The translations under genes were made by a program, and so were the position numbers. The notes under the pieces are model-generated. The model was not told the origin of the DNA, did no database searches, and worked only from the letters and a program-made list of their open reading frames with translations. A stretch of DNA of 64,000 nucleotides, from NCBI GenBank assembly GCA_023920165.1, contig CP089280.1, forward strand, positions 558,001 through 622,000, written 5' to 3'. This document shows positions 12,448 to 24,182 of this stretch, piece after piece; positions within the stretch are counted from its first letter, which is position 1, and every line of letters begins with the position of its first letter. The stretch comes from Curvularia clavata (lineage: Eukaryota).

Positions 12448-14445
12448 TCACAATGATTTAAGTACACTGTCAAGCACTCCAGATCTTTTCACCCAACTTC
12501 GCGCCCGCTTCCCGTAAATATACATCGGTACTGTTGTTAATGTAACAGCAGCCGTGGTGCCTCCAATAACGTAAAATGCGTGCTTGACACCTTGCGCAGC
12601 GATCCAATCGTTTGCGTAGAAGGTGAGCCCGAATGCGAAAAGATTCTTGATAAAGTTCATGATGGCAAAAGCTTCCGCCGACTGCTCACGATGACAGTCT
12701 GTCACATAGGTCACTACCGCAGTAGTGCCAAGCTGAACACCAAGATTTATTATACCTAAGCAGACAATGACAGGAATAGGCCACGGGTCGGCATTAGAAA
12801 GGGATCTTCCCCATGCAAAGAAACCAGATGCGGTGAACATGAGGTATGATATCATGACGGGAAGACGAAATTCGGGTTCTAAATGTTTATAAGCAATCAT
12901 CACGAGAAGTCATAACCGGGAGTACCCACCGAATATGCCCTTGTTCCGCTTAGATATCAGCTTCGCGACACCGTCTATAATTGGTCCGGCTACCATAGTG
13001 GCTAACAAAGATGCGACGAATGAGGAGACATTCGTTGCGCCTACCTCACTGACCGAGAAGTTGTATGGAGGAGCTGAGAAAATCTGTGACAAAGTTATAG
13101 ATATTAGGACCAGCCAGGATATACATATCGTGAACAACAACGTTGCCCACAGAACGACTGGGCTTCCAATCATGACAAAAGGACGAATGAGTGTTCTCCA
13201 AAAGGATACCTTGTCCCAGTAGCCTGACCAGGGCATCAGGGTCATGATGAAAGGATGGCGCAGATCCGATGATGGAGTCCTCGATAGATGGCTGTCCTCG
13301 ATGCGCTCCACAGATTGGTTCGTATTTTTCTCCAGTGTTTTCACTGTATGAGCGCCTGTGTCAATATTCATAGTACTGTGTCGATGGAACGATGATTCTG
13401 GCATAAAGAAGATGACCAGAACGAGCATGATGACAAATGCTCCGCCCATAGCATGCAAAGCGATACGAAAAGAGCCGTATTGAATGATAGATCCCGCTGT
13501 TTTTGTTGATAAGCCGTTCGTTTGCTCGTGTAGGATTGCATACCTATTGGGCTCGCCAGATTCTGCTCACACTGTCAGTACTTCGTCTAGTAGAACATGT
13601 ATGGCAAACCTACAATACCACCAAGGACTCCAAGATTAAAAACAGCCATCCGAAACCCACGTTCATGTACGTGCCATATGTCTGCAATAGATGCTGGGAT
13701 CAATGCCTCGAAAGGAGCTGCTAGGTTTAAAAATCATGACCAGCGTAAGTGTTAATCTCTTAACCTACCCAAGCAGAAACCCTGAAGAGCTCTTGCAACA
13801 CAGAGCGAAGCAAAACTTCTCGACTCTGCGGCCCAAAAGCATGACACCGCTAAGCCGACTGTAGTGGCAAGGTAGATCGGCCGTTTCCCTACTTTGACTG
13901 CTAGAGTGTTGCAAATTAGACTTCCAACAGCAATAGCCAAGATGCAAAAACCATTGACACCTAGGGGAATCTTAGTCAGATAGAAGAGTCCCATCTTGTG
14001 GAAATGTGTTACCTAGAGTAAATCTTTGTAAACGAACATTCAGCTCTTGCGCCAAAGGCACGAACGCTGACGTCAAAAGAGGCCCAGCCGCTTTTATGGT
14101 CGAGGTCAACTTTGTATATTTGGATTGATTATCAACAGCTTACCTCCTACGCAACCACATCCATACGCAATCACAACCGTGAACTTCTCAATATTAGCCT
14201 TTCCTTTGTGCGCTCTATGAACAGCTGTGACATACCATCTCTTTCTGCCATCTTGGCCAATTATATGGATCGTTTGGTGAATCGGAGGGCTGTGGTACCA
14301 GTACGATTTGGCCAGTAACATCATGCTTCAGCAGCCCAGAGTTAATATCAGCTGCTATTTCCAGGTCCGTTCGGCCTAACTCGTGAAGTGGAGCTGTTCC
14401 CGGGACATGTTCGAGTTTGTAATCTTCCAAAATACCCAATGGCAT
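12448..14445 (-). CDS. MFS transporter (HOL1/DHA1-like), multi-exon
   Basis: MPLGILED..HVPGT start, LVPQPSDSPNDPYNWP, KVGKRPIYL, FFMPES, FSAPPYNFS, EPEFRL, YIYGKRARSW; about 12 hydrophobic segments across spliced ORF pieces. Confidence 0.88.
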
Positions 14446-14581
14446 GATCTGGCGATTGGTTATTGTAGTCAGGATAGCAATGCAAGTTTAACGATGAAAG
14501 AAGAACAGCGAAAGGTGACATTAACAGATATCTAGTAGGCAGGGGGAAAAACAAGATCCCACATCCACTAAAACGGCAGAG

Positions 14582-14723
14582 CCCCAGGTTTTGAGATGTG
14601 GGGTAGCACCATCGTGCGGCAGTTGTACAGGAGGCGGGGAACAATGGTGCACATACTTGCCGTGCGGGGGACGTGGATGCGGGGATCGACTTTCGTCTCT
14701 CCAATACATTAGCTTATCCCCGC
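14582..14723. promoter_or_regulatory. Cluster of six SYGGRG (CreA/Cre1/Mig1-type) sites upstream of the MFS gene
   Basis: CCCCAG 14582, GTGGGG 14598, GCGGGG at 14634, 14664 and 14679, CCCCGC 14718, all within ~140 bp and 140-280 bp upstream of the ATG at 14445. Confidence 0.55.
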
Positions 14724-15100
14724 TCTAGGGCACAAAGTCTCGGAGTCATACTACCGATACACTTATGGCTAAGAGGATCATGTAATCTGCATGTACAAGC
14801 ATGCTTTTTCACTCGAAAGAAGTACGATTCTTAATTTTATTGAGCACTTGTCCCGAAGATAGGAGAAGGACAGTGAGAGTGCACACGAGATATGTCTAAT
14901 CGGCGAGTAGGCACTACGATATTACTAAACCCCTCTTAACGATTAGGCGAGTGTCTTGCTTATGATACTAACCATTGGCATTCAAGGATAAGTAGGGGTA
15001 GAGTAAATCCTCTAAATGTCCCCTTGATCAAGCATGCATTCTGGTAACGCATCTATCCCCAAATTGAGGTTCGAAATCCATTCTTTCCTTATCTGTTTGA

Positions 15101-16347
15101 TCATATATTGTACATGCGTTCCAACTCGATGCACACTGCATCAGTGACCTCATTTGTTGAAGCATTGCCTCCAAGGTCGCGGGTCGCAACACCTCGCTCG
15201 GTTATTGTCTCTACGCTCTCCATGAGCTTTTTCGCTGCTTGTTCTTCTCCTAGCCATGCAAGCATTTCGCATGCCGTCCAGAAAGTTCCTACTGGATTTG
15301 CAATACCTTTGCCAGTGATGTCGAAAGCTGAGCCATGGATTGGTTCAAACATTGATGGGTTCCGACGGGTCGGATCAACTAAGGGTGGTCAGGGTTAATG
15401 AGCGGACTGGAAGCTTAAGAGATACTCACGGTTGCTAGTGGGCGCGATGCCAATCGAGCCTGCCAAGGCCGCTGCAAGATCAGAAAGAATATCCGCATGC
15501 TTTACCAATCAGCGATTGAACGGTCGAATCATCGAAGCGTCTACACCTACCAGGTTCGTCGCCACTATTGTATCCAATGACTTCGGGTCAAGGACCATCC
15601 TGCAGGTCATGGCATCGACAAGCATCTTATCACACTTGACGTCTGGAAAATCTCTCGCAACCTCTGACGCGATCTCATCCCACATCACCATTCCATTGCG
15701 CTGTGCATTACTCTTGGTAACAACTGTTATGTGCTTCCTTGGCCTCTTCTGTGCTGTCTCGAATGCGAAGCGCAGGAGACGCTCTACACCATGACGCGTA
15801 AAGATTGAAACTTCGGTGGCAATCTCCCATGGTTGTCCTCGATGCGATCTTCCTCCCTGACCTGCATATTCGCCTTCGGAGTTCTCGCGTACAATGACCC
15901 AATCTAGATCCCCATGTTCAGCTTTGCGCAACGGTGACGAAGTCCCGCGGAATATTTTGGTAGGCCTAACGTTTGCAAATTGCTGAAAGGTTTGACATAT
16001 AGCGAGCCGTAGACCCCATAGAGAGATATGATCTGGAACATCTGTAGGACTTTAGTTAGCTGCGTGCACATCAGTCAGATGTTCTACATACCAGGCGCAC
16101 CAACCGCTCCAAAAAGGATAGCGTCATATTTTTTGAGTTCCTCCAAGCCTCCATCAGGGATGTACTGTCCTGTCTTCTTGTACGTTTCGGAGCTCCAATC
16201 ATATTCTTTGAATTGCAACTCAAAGGTGCCATCCAGTTGCGCGAGCTTCTTCAAAACTTGCACACCAGCACCAATGACCTCGGGACCGATGCCGTCTGCA
16301 CCTATTGTTGCAATCTTGTGTATGCGCTTGGACTTGCTCGAAAACAT
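15101..16347 (-). CDS. Tartrate dehydrogenase/decarboxylase (isocitrate/isopropylmalate dehydrogenase family), multi-exon
   Basis: IATIGADGIGPEV, DAILFGAVG, VPDHISLWGLRL, IVRENSEGEYAGQGGRSH, VTKSNAQRNGMVMWD, DILSDLAAALAGSIG, MFEPIHGSAFDITGKGIANP are typical of TtuC/DmlA-type enzymes. Confidence 0.9.
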
Positions 16348-16605
16348 GGTCAAAGTGGGCAAGACTGTTTGCGGTATTGAAGTTTTGAGAAATGTGCGTC
16401 AGGGTTTTCGTATGAAAATGAGCTTGTACAAATGTCTTTATAGAAAATCTACTGCAAGCAAAGAATGGCCCTCATTCGATATTGTCATGAGCTGGCCACT
16501 CTTATGCAGGATCTGGCCCAAGTGCGGGGAACGCCGGAGTAAGAAAGCCCGGTTAGTTCTCAGGGATCCTCACGATGACAACTCGCCCAATTGAAGACTT
16601 ATTGT

Positions 16606-18631
16606 CTATTGTGGGAAATCCCAATGTTGCTCTTGTTCGAACCAAAACGGTATATCAAACCCCGAGAATGCATCTAAGCCGTTTGAGGTTCCTAGGGTTG
16701 CAAAATCATTGAGTCCAGCTGCCATGCATGCATCCCAATAGTTACTACCAAAGCTGAGATCTGGCCCCCTCTCTGCGGGAACCTCAGTAAGTTCTGGATT
16801 CGGGGTAGTGGTAATCGCTGATTCATTGCTTATTCCAAGAGGGGCTTCGTCCGAATATAGCGGATCATGTCGTGCAGAGGATTGCAGAAAGCCAGTATGA
16901 GGTAATTCGCTAAGCGCGACGTTGCCTATTTCACTACCCAGAGTGTCCCTGTTAGCAGTTTGCACTGGGCGGCCAGCCATGCGAGCTTGTAAGTCGCGTA
17001 TAGCAGCTGAGCTTGCCTCCGGCCATGTGCTTCCGCGCTTAGAAAGATGCCGAAGTATTTCCAAACTTTTGTTCGCTAACCTTGTGGTTGTAAGTCGCCA
17101 TACGAAGACATGTTTTGAGCATACCACCTACCTTGTAACAACGGCTTGAGAAGCGTGCCCTCCGTTGGCAGCAAAGAACATGATGAATGTGCTGATCCAC
17201 ACAGCCCACGTGCAAGAAGGCCACAGTAACATTAATGAACCAGATGCAGCTTTGAGATTAGAGTTGGGCTGTATAGTATGATGTAAACAAGAAATGATGC
17301 TTCGGGCTGAGTTAATGCACTGATGCAGGGATGCATCATACGCAGCGTCTTTGTGGGAGACTGCCAGGACAGGGCGATGGAAAGAGATGATCGACTCGTG
17401 TTTAAGCAAAGTCAGGATGGCTGTGGAATAAGGTGAAGCATCATGAGAGCCATCAGGGTCGATGTAATCCTCTACATCGTTCCACCATTGACTAAGCTCA
17501 GCTGTTATCGCCGTCGCTCGGTCAGGGTCGTTATGGACAAAATGTACGGATTTGTTACGTAGTTCTATGATTTCACCCCGGATTTTCGCCTGTTGAGCTA
17601 TGAGGTGCAGCAGGCGAAGGCGGCTATCTTTATATCGTTAGAGTAACATTGATTCAGATGTAATGAGACCCACCATGTTCCAACGAAGTTCGGATATGTT
17701 TTTCTGTAAGCGGAAAGCAAACATCAATGTCATTATCATGAAGCCCTAGAGGGAGACCCATGGACTGACTGAGAAAACGGTCCATTGCGTAAATCGTCCA
17801 GAAAATGCGTTGTCGAAGCTCTCTGTCTTCTGGAGCGAAGGCAGAAAAGCGAGCAGGGCATCGATGAAGGCCTAGTTGGACAGCCATACGCGTGATGAGC
17901 CCACCCAGACGTGAAGCAGCGTTCAAACGCAGCATGGATATAAGAAAGAGTTGCACACTCAGAGTGGCCTGTAGTGCAAGTAATGTTGTGGGCTGCGATA
18001 TTGAAGCCCAAATGCTATTCATAGCGGACTCGTACGTGGTGAAAACGAGAAAGGCAGGACATTGCACGTTTCCACGTCCATTTGATTGTCGGTGATCTGC
18101 AAGAGATATAGAAATAATTGCTCGGAGTATGACCAAGCGAAGATCTTGACGGGGCTTGTCTTCTGGAAAACCATTGCGTGCGAACTCGTCAAAATACTCT
18201 AGGATAGTTGGTGCATGGAGAAAAGGATAAAAAGGATGCCAGTTCGTGAAGTAGCTTGCTGAGAGGGCGACCATGTCTTCAAAAGCTATGTGACTTTGTG
18301 GAGTAGAGTTGATCTCGGCTACTCTCCAACATTGGTCAGATGAGTCGGGTTTCATTAAAGGCAGGTGGTCGTCTTCACCCGGTACGATTTCACTACCTGG
18401 TGTTTCTGCTGCAGCAGGGCTTCTTGGCTGAGAGCGATTGATGGCACCATATACTGATCTGATGAAGAATATACCACTGGCACTACCGACAAACCCTGTA
18501 AACCTGTCCGCAGGACTGCGCATCAGTCCGACTTCACGCGCCAGCCGTGGTGTAGTACGCTGTCGCTTTGCAGGTCGCCCGTTCTCTGCAAATAGCTGTG
18601 GAGAAGCATGCTTGTCATATTCCTGTTCCAT
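16606..18631 (-). CDS. Fungal-specific transcription factor domain (middle homology region) protein with no zinc cluster
   Basis: FVGSASGIFF, YFTNWHPFYPFLH, AVQLGLHRCP, RQRIFWTIYAMDRFLSQSMGLP, FHRP, two introns. No Cys6 motif in its own N-terminus. An alternative ATG lies at 18643. Confidence 0.85.
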
Positions 18632-18797
18632 GGCAGTAATCATGATGGATAACCTGACGAGAAGTTTGGTTGGAGATGACGATTTTCGGAAGAAGAAACC
18701 CCGCTTTGTTGCATGACTCAACAGCAATCAGATCTTTCGGACGGCCTGATTCAAACAACGCCTGATCCTAAGGACTGTTGGAAACGAGCAACCGCCA

Positions 18798-19464
18798 CTA
18801 GAAATAGTTTCGCAGCCATTGCCTTGAGCTTGTAGTATCAACCAAAGAGTTGGGAACAATTGGCTGATTGCATTCCTCCAAACGTTCGAGAACTGTTTGG
18901 GTTGACGCTGATGCGTGGGGTTGGGGTTCAGGTATCGATGCCCTGCAGTTTGTTTGAGGCACAGCTGCTGCCACGCTCTCGTCACTTCGCGCTCGAAGCC
19001 ACGCAAGCAGCTGAGTGTGTGTCTGCAACGGTAGCCGCTTCCAACTCGCCATCCTCTCTGCCTTTGAGATCTTTCGTGACTGTGAATGAGAGATTGCGTT
19101 CAGCGATAAGTCATCTATACGATGTTCTGCAACCTGATTTTGAAGGGCGATGAGAGTGGCTGAAAGTGCGATTTCCGTTGCTTCAAGTCGCTCCTCCAGC
19201 GCTTTCATATAAGCGGCAGGCAGTCCTCGTTTTCCACCCTCTTGGTAGTGACAATCTGTTAGAGTTGATCGGCATGGAGAGCAGGATGGACTGCGGCAGT
19301 TAGACTTGGTATACTGGTGCTTGTATGAGGTGCACTGACAGTTTTCGGTCGCATTTGCATTTCTTGATCCTGCAAGCTTCGCAAGCGATGGCGTTGAGTC
19401 GGTCCTGTAGAGATTGAGTCAGCGCGCAGCGCCAATGAACTCATGCGACAGTTTTCGATACCAT
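18798..19464 (-). CDS. Small Zn2Cys6 binuclear-cluster protein (~185 aa) with no regulatory domain
   Basis: Spliced model: ATG micro-exon 19464-19462, intron 19461-19405, intron 19339-19291. It reads MDRLNAIACEACRIKKCKCDRKLPSCSPCRSTLTDCHYQEGGKRGLPAAYMKALEERLEATE...WLRNYF*. Confidence 0.85.
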
Positions 19465-19855
19465 GAATAAGCTGTGAGTATTTGATTCAATGGGGCAGTT
19501 TTGGTTCTGCGTCGTGACCATGCACCAACAGGCACACAGCAGAAAAGTTAGGTACCTATTAGGGACTAGCTGGTTGCACCAGGAAACCACTTTCAGCCCA
19601 GTGTATGTTTTCCAGGCCCCTTGTTTCATGAATAACGACTCACCCCAAGACATGATCCAAACCTATGACATGGCTCATTTTTCATGCTTCGAGCTCCATT
19701 GCATCCGCAAATACACAAAAAACTCTAATCACTTAGTCCTTGTACTCCACTACGACATCGCGGCACAAAGCAAGTCTAGCCTTACAAGTCACCATTCCTC
19801 GTCACCATCGACCATTTAAAAGGTATCGCTCACTAGCCATTTCAGAGTTGCCTCG

Positions 19856-22800
19856 TCATGGCATCGAACTTTCCTTGTCTGGATGAAGAAACTTTGCACT
19901 ACTCGCTGCGGAGCTCGCGCGCGTTCGAATGACCCGCTCGCTTTTGGTTACCTCCATCCTCTGGTAGTTGTTCTCAATCAACCGGTAAGCGTGGCCATAG
20001 TCGCGCCATTGCATCTGAAATGCAATCAACATGACCGGCAAGACGCTTATCAACTCTCCCAAACCGGCCCATTGCGGCTTGATTCTGATCTGATTTCCTA
20101 CTGGGACGAAGGCACCAGCTGCAAGCAAGATTGCGGAAATGTTGTACAGGCCTGACCAGCTGAAATTAATGATCATGCGCCGATATGCAGCGCCAGAGAT
20201 ATCAAGTAAGATCAAGATGTCGTGAAGGCGGGTGGTCATAAAGACGATGTCAGCAGCGCTCTTCGCCACGTCCGAACCTTCACCAACATGTACTCCAATG
20301 TTCGCTTGTTTGAGCGCAACGGAGTCATTTGTGCCGTCACCTACAAACATGACAATTCTGCCCTGATCTTGAAGATCTTTGATGTATGTGCGCTTCTCAT
20401 CAGGTCTACAGCGCGACTTTGTGCAGTCCTCGTGAATGTGGAGAGCACCCGCATCTTCGTCCACAGCGCCTTCGGTGTCACCGCTGATCATATGTACCCG
20501 CACCTGGCGAGTATGCAGCTTCTCAATGACCATCTCGGCTCCAGGACGGATTTTATCCTTGAGCTCAAAACTAGCCTGAAGATCTCCTGCAATCGTGAAG
20601 TAGCATCTTGTATTGGTTTCTTGCCCAATTATATTGATCTTTAGCCAATCCGCATTCCCGGCACGTACTACGACTCCAGTCTTTACGCAAGTACCTTGAA
20701 CCCCTTTGCCAGGAAAGCTGACGATGTCGCTGACTTCTAGAGGGTCGTAGCTTTTGTTGAGGATCCTGTCATTTGCAAGATAGTGCACAATTGCTGCAGC
20801 AACAGGGTGCTTGATGTCTTTCAATAAACCCGTCATCAAGCCCTTGATGCGAGCTCTGTCCGTGCTGTGGTATCGCGGAACTCCTACAACCTCAAGCTTT
20901 CCACAAGTCAGTGTCCCGGTCTTGTGAAAGACTACGTCTGTGACTTTGTAGGCGTTTTCTAGTGTCTGAGGATCTCTGAGGATTATCCCATATCGTGCTG
21001 CCACGCCACTTGCAATGAGGACAACCATAGGCACGGCCAAACCAATAGCGCACGGACAAGAAACGACAAGAGTCGCTATGGTGTAAGTTGCTGATGTAAC
21101 GACCGCCATCCTCCAGGTGTGATGGTGACGAAGCCTCTCGACAAGTAGCCAGAAGACAAAGACCGCAGTCCCTATCATGGCGATTGCAGGCACGAACCAG
21201 CCAGCAACGCGATCTGCAAGGCCCTGAGCTTTCGGTTTACTCAATTCGGCATTTTCTACCAGAGTTGCAATCTGATTGACGGAGTTCTCATGAGGCAGTT
21301 TTCGCAAACCGACGACTAGCGAACCATCTTGGTTGTTGGTACCTGCAAGGACCACAGATGAAAGACCCTTGGCCTTGGGTTTGAATTCGCCAGTCAGCAT
21401 GCTCTCGTCAACATTGGAACCTCCATACAAGACGATTCCATCTGTAACGACCCTTGTATAAGGCGGCACGACGAAAACATCGCCGTATTGAAGAAGACGA
21501 GAGTCGATACGGGTGGTCTTAACGCTGGCCCAGGTGTCATTGGGTGACGGTAACACTAGAAGCGTCTCCTCAACCTGAAGAGACCGAAAAGATACCGACT
21601 TTGCAGCTTGGAAACGTGCAAATTCACTGAAGAGGCGACCCAATAGGATGAGCATTACCAACAAAGCCGATGTCTCGAACAAGGACCCTGATTGCAAGTG
21701 GATATCATGGACCTCAAGCACGTACGACACAACGCTGAAAGAGTACGCCATAGTGGTGCTTAGAGTAATCAAAAAGTCCATTTCCAAGACACGTGAGTGG
21801 CAGAGTGATCGCCAGGCATTCGGGACAAACTCAGCGAAAGCCACAATTTGAACCAGTGTTGCAAGAACCAAGGATGCATGGAGGTCAGCACTACGAGTTT
21901 GTTTGATCGGCGCCCAAGCAAACACAAGCACTGGTATTGTGCAGGCCAATGTCGGAAGGAATAACAACAAAGCTCGTCTTGTTTGCTTGGCTCCGAGTTC
22001 GATTCCAGGGTCTACCGTTGGAGGTGCTAGGCGAAGATCTGGATCGTATTGCAAAAACTGTTCGAACACATCACGGGCGCCTATCTTAGTTGGGTCGTAG
22101 TACACCTTTATTGAAGGTGCTTGAACTTTGGGAATCCCACGCGTTGGGTCCTTTCTATGATCCTCGGTGGTGTCATCATCGCTGGCAAATCCACATATTG
22201 TTGATCCAGTCGACTCTGTTAAAATTGTCTTATTGCATCGACTCAAGCTGTGGAATGGCCTCCATGGTGCTCTCTCAGGCACTTCCACGCGGAGGACGCC
22301 TTTTGGTCGACTAGCATGTGTCAGGCGCCGAGGTTCGGCGGTGAGGAGTTCTAACATCTGCCCATCAGACGCAACGTGCTCCTCAAGGTCGTACCCGGTT
22401 CTTTTAGTCAGCAATTTGATGACATCTTCAACACTGAGATGGTTGACATCTATGTCAAACTCGATTCGACCCAGAACGGCGTTCACGTTGTAGTTCCTGA
22501 TAGCAGCAATGCGTTCGAGGGCCTGCGAGAGCCCTCTTCCACAACACCCACACTTGAGCCCGTTGATTCGGAGGACTACACGCTCAAACCTGGGGGGTCC
22601 CTTTTCAGCATCATCATTGTCATTACCGATAGTCCTATCACCTGAGTACTTTGTCAATAAGTTTCACCTGGGCGATACAGCTCCATATAACAAACGCTAG
22701 ACCGAACAAAGGAAGAAGACGGACCATAGACCTAGGCCTTCCTTTGGACTCACATGTTGTTTTGACATTGACATTTTTCATTGGTGGAAGGTCATTAGTG

Positions 22801-23393
22801 AAGCATTGCACTCCCCCTGGCGCGAAAGCAGGGCGGGGCATAGAGCAACAGCTCGGAGCCAATCCAAACGGTCGATGAAGAGTTGCGACACTCTGGCATG
22901 ATTCGAGCTGCGCTTGTAATAGGCCACCCTCTTTAGGAATATGCGTGTCTGTATGTGCACAAATGCTCCACGGAGCGGTCGGTTCCAAGTTTCCTCGATC
23001 AAACTCTGCTCTTGAATCCACCACGGGCATTTCGGAATCCCTCTTCGACTCGCTGTCGTATTGGCCTTGTGCAGCTGGCATATCCGGAGGCACCTCTGAC
23101 GTTGAAAGATACACATCTGAAAGATTACGGCGTACAGTTTCGTGAGATGCCCTCTCTGGCGGAGTTCCGTCGCAACCAAAACCACCAGTGTCGGATACAT
23201 GAGAGATATGAGGAGCCTGTGAGTTGATATGATTGCTAGGTTTGGTAGTCTGAGGATGTGAATCTCGCACACGGTTTGTGGTTGTATGTGGGTTCGGTGT
23301 GATGGGCGACAGGCTTCTGCTTTGATCGGAAGTGAGTTTTGGTTTCTCTGCATGATCTGTGCCGCGTTTAGGTAGTATTATACGCATCTCCAT
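19856..23393 (-). CDS. Heavy-metal P1B-type ATPase (Pca1-like) with the phospho-acceptor Asp replaced by His; N-terminal join uncertain
   Basis: HMA-like GLKCGCC, LTGE, CPC, HP, SGD, GDGTND, YN and GELISVLP motifs are present, but VVFHKTGTLT replaces VVFDKTGTLT. Main ORF 19856-22657; upstream ORF 22638-23393 is in another frame. Confidence 0.8.
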
Positions 23394-24182
23394 GACGGTG
23401 AATTATGGCGGTAGTAATGGAAGATGGTGTCGATACTGATGTTCCGTGTGCAAAGGATATGTGGTACGGAAGCTGACTTAGATTTGCTATCGTGGTTTCA
23501 CAGACATAGGCAGTAGCAACAGCGCCTTTGGAGGACGGTCTCTACTGCACAAAATTCAGAGGGGTAAGGCTCGGCCATGCTCAAGACGCGCCTCCCGTAT
23601 TGATGGAATTCATCCCATGCCACATAATGACGTCTCACGGCTCCCAACGGGGATACGATTCGAGAAATAGCTGTTCTGTATCAGCAGCTAGCATCGTAGC
23701 GCTATTTTCACAAACAACAAGCTTGCTGGAACCTAGGATACATAGAAGGTCTATCGCTGGTGCCAGAAGTCTGGAGAGTATGAATACCATCTGTGAGGCC
23801 GACAGAAAGTGCCTTCTTCAAGCCATGCGCCGATGCATTGTCCGAAAGCTGCTACACAGTCAATGAGTCATCATGTTGCTTCTCATCGAATGGCTGTAAT
23901 GAGATTGGATGATGACTGTGATTTTGTGCAGTCGCATGGTCCAACAAGTCAGCCTTCGATTGCCAAGCATCAAGCACGTGACAGCGCGCCTTGCGTGCAT
24001 GTTGCGTCATTGCTGTCGCCTGCTTCATCTACTTACAACAACGCCTGGCTTTTGCAATGCCGGCCTCCTAGAACCCGCATGCCCGCCATGAAAATCGACG
24101 GGTTTCATCCCTGGAATCAGCAACGCATACCACAACTTGTCTGACGCCACAACTCACGCCTGTTCGATAGGTGACCGCAGAC

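Noticed and set aside
19259..19444. 61-aa ORF from the ORF track
   Set aside because: Wrong frame; the real coding sequence is the spliced Zn2Cys6 exon set.
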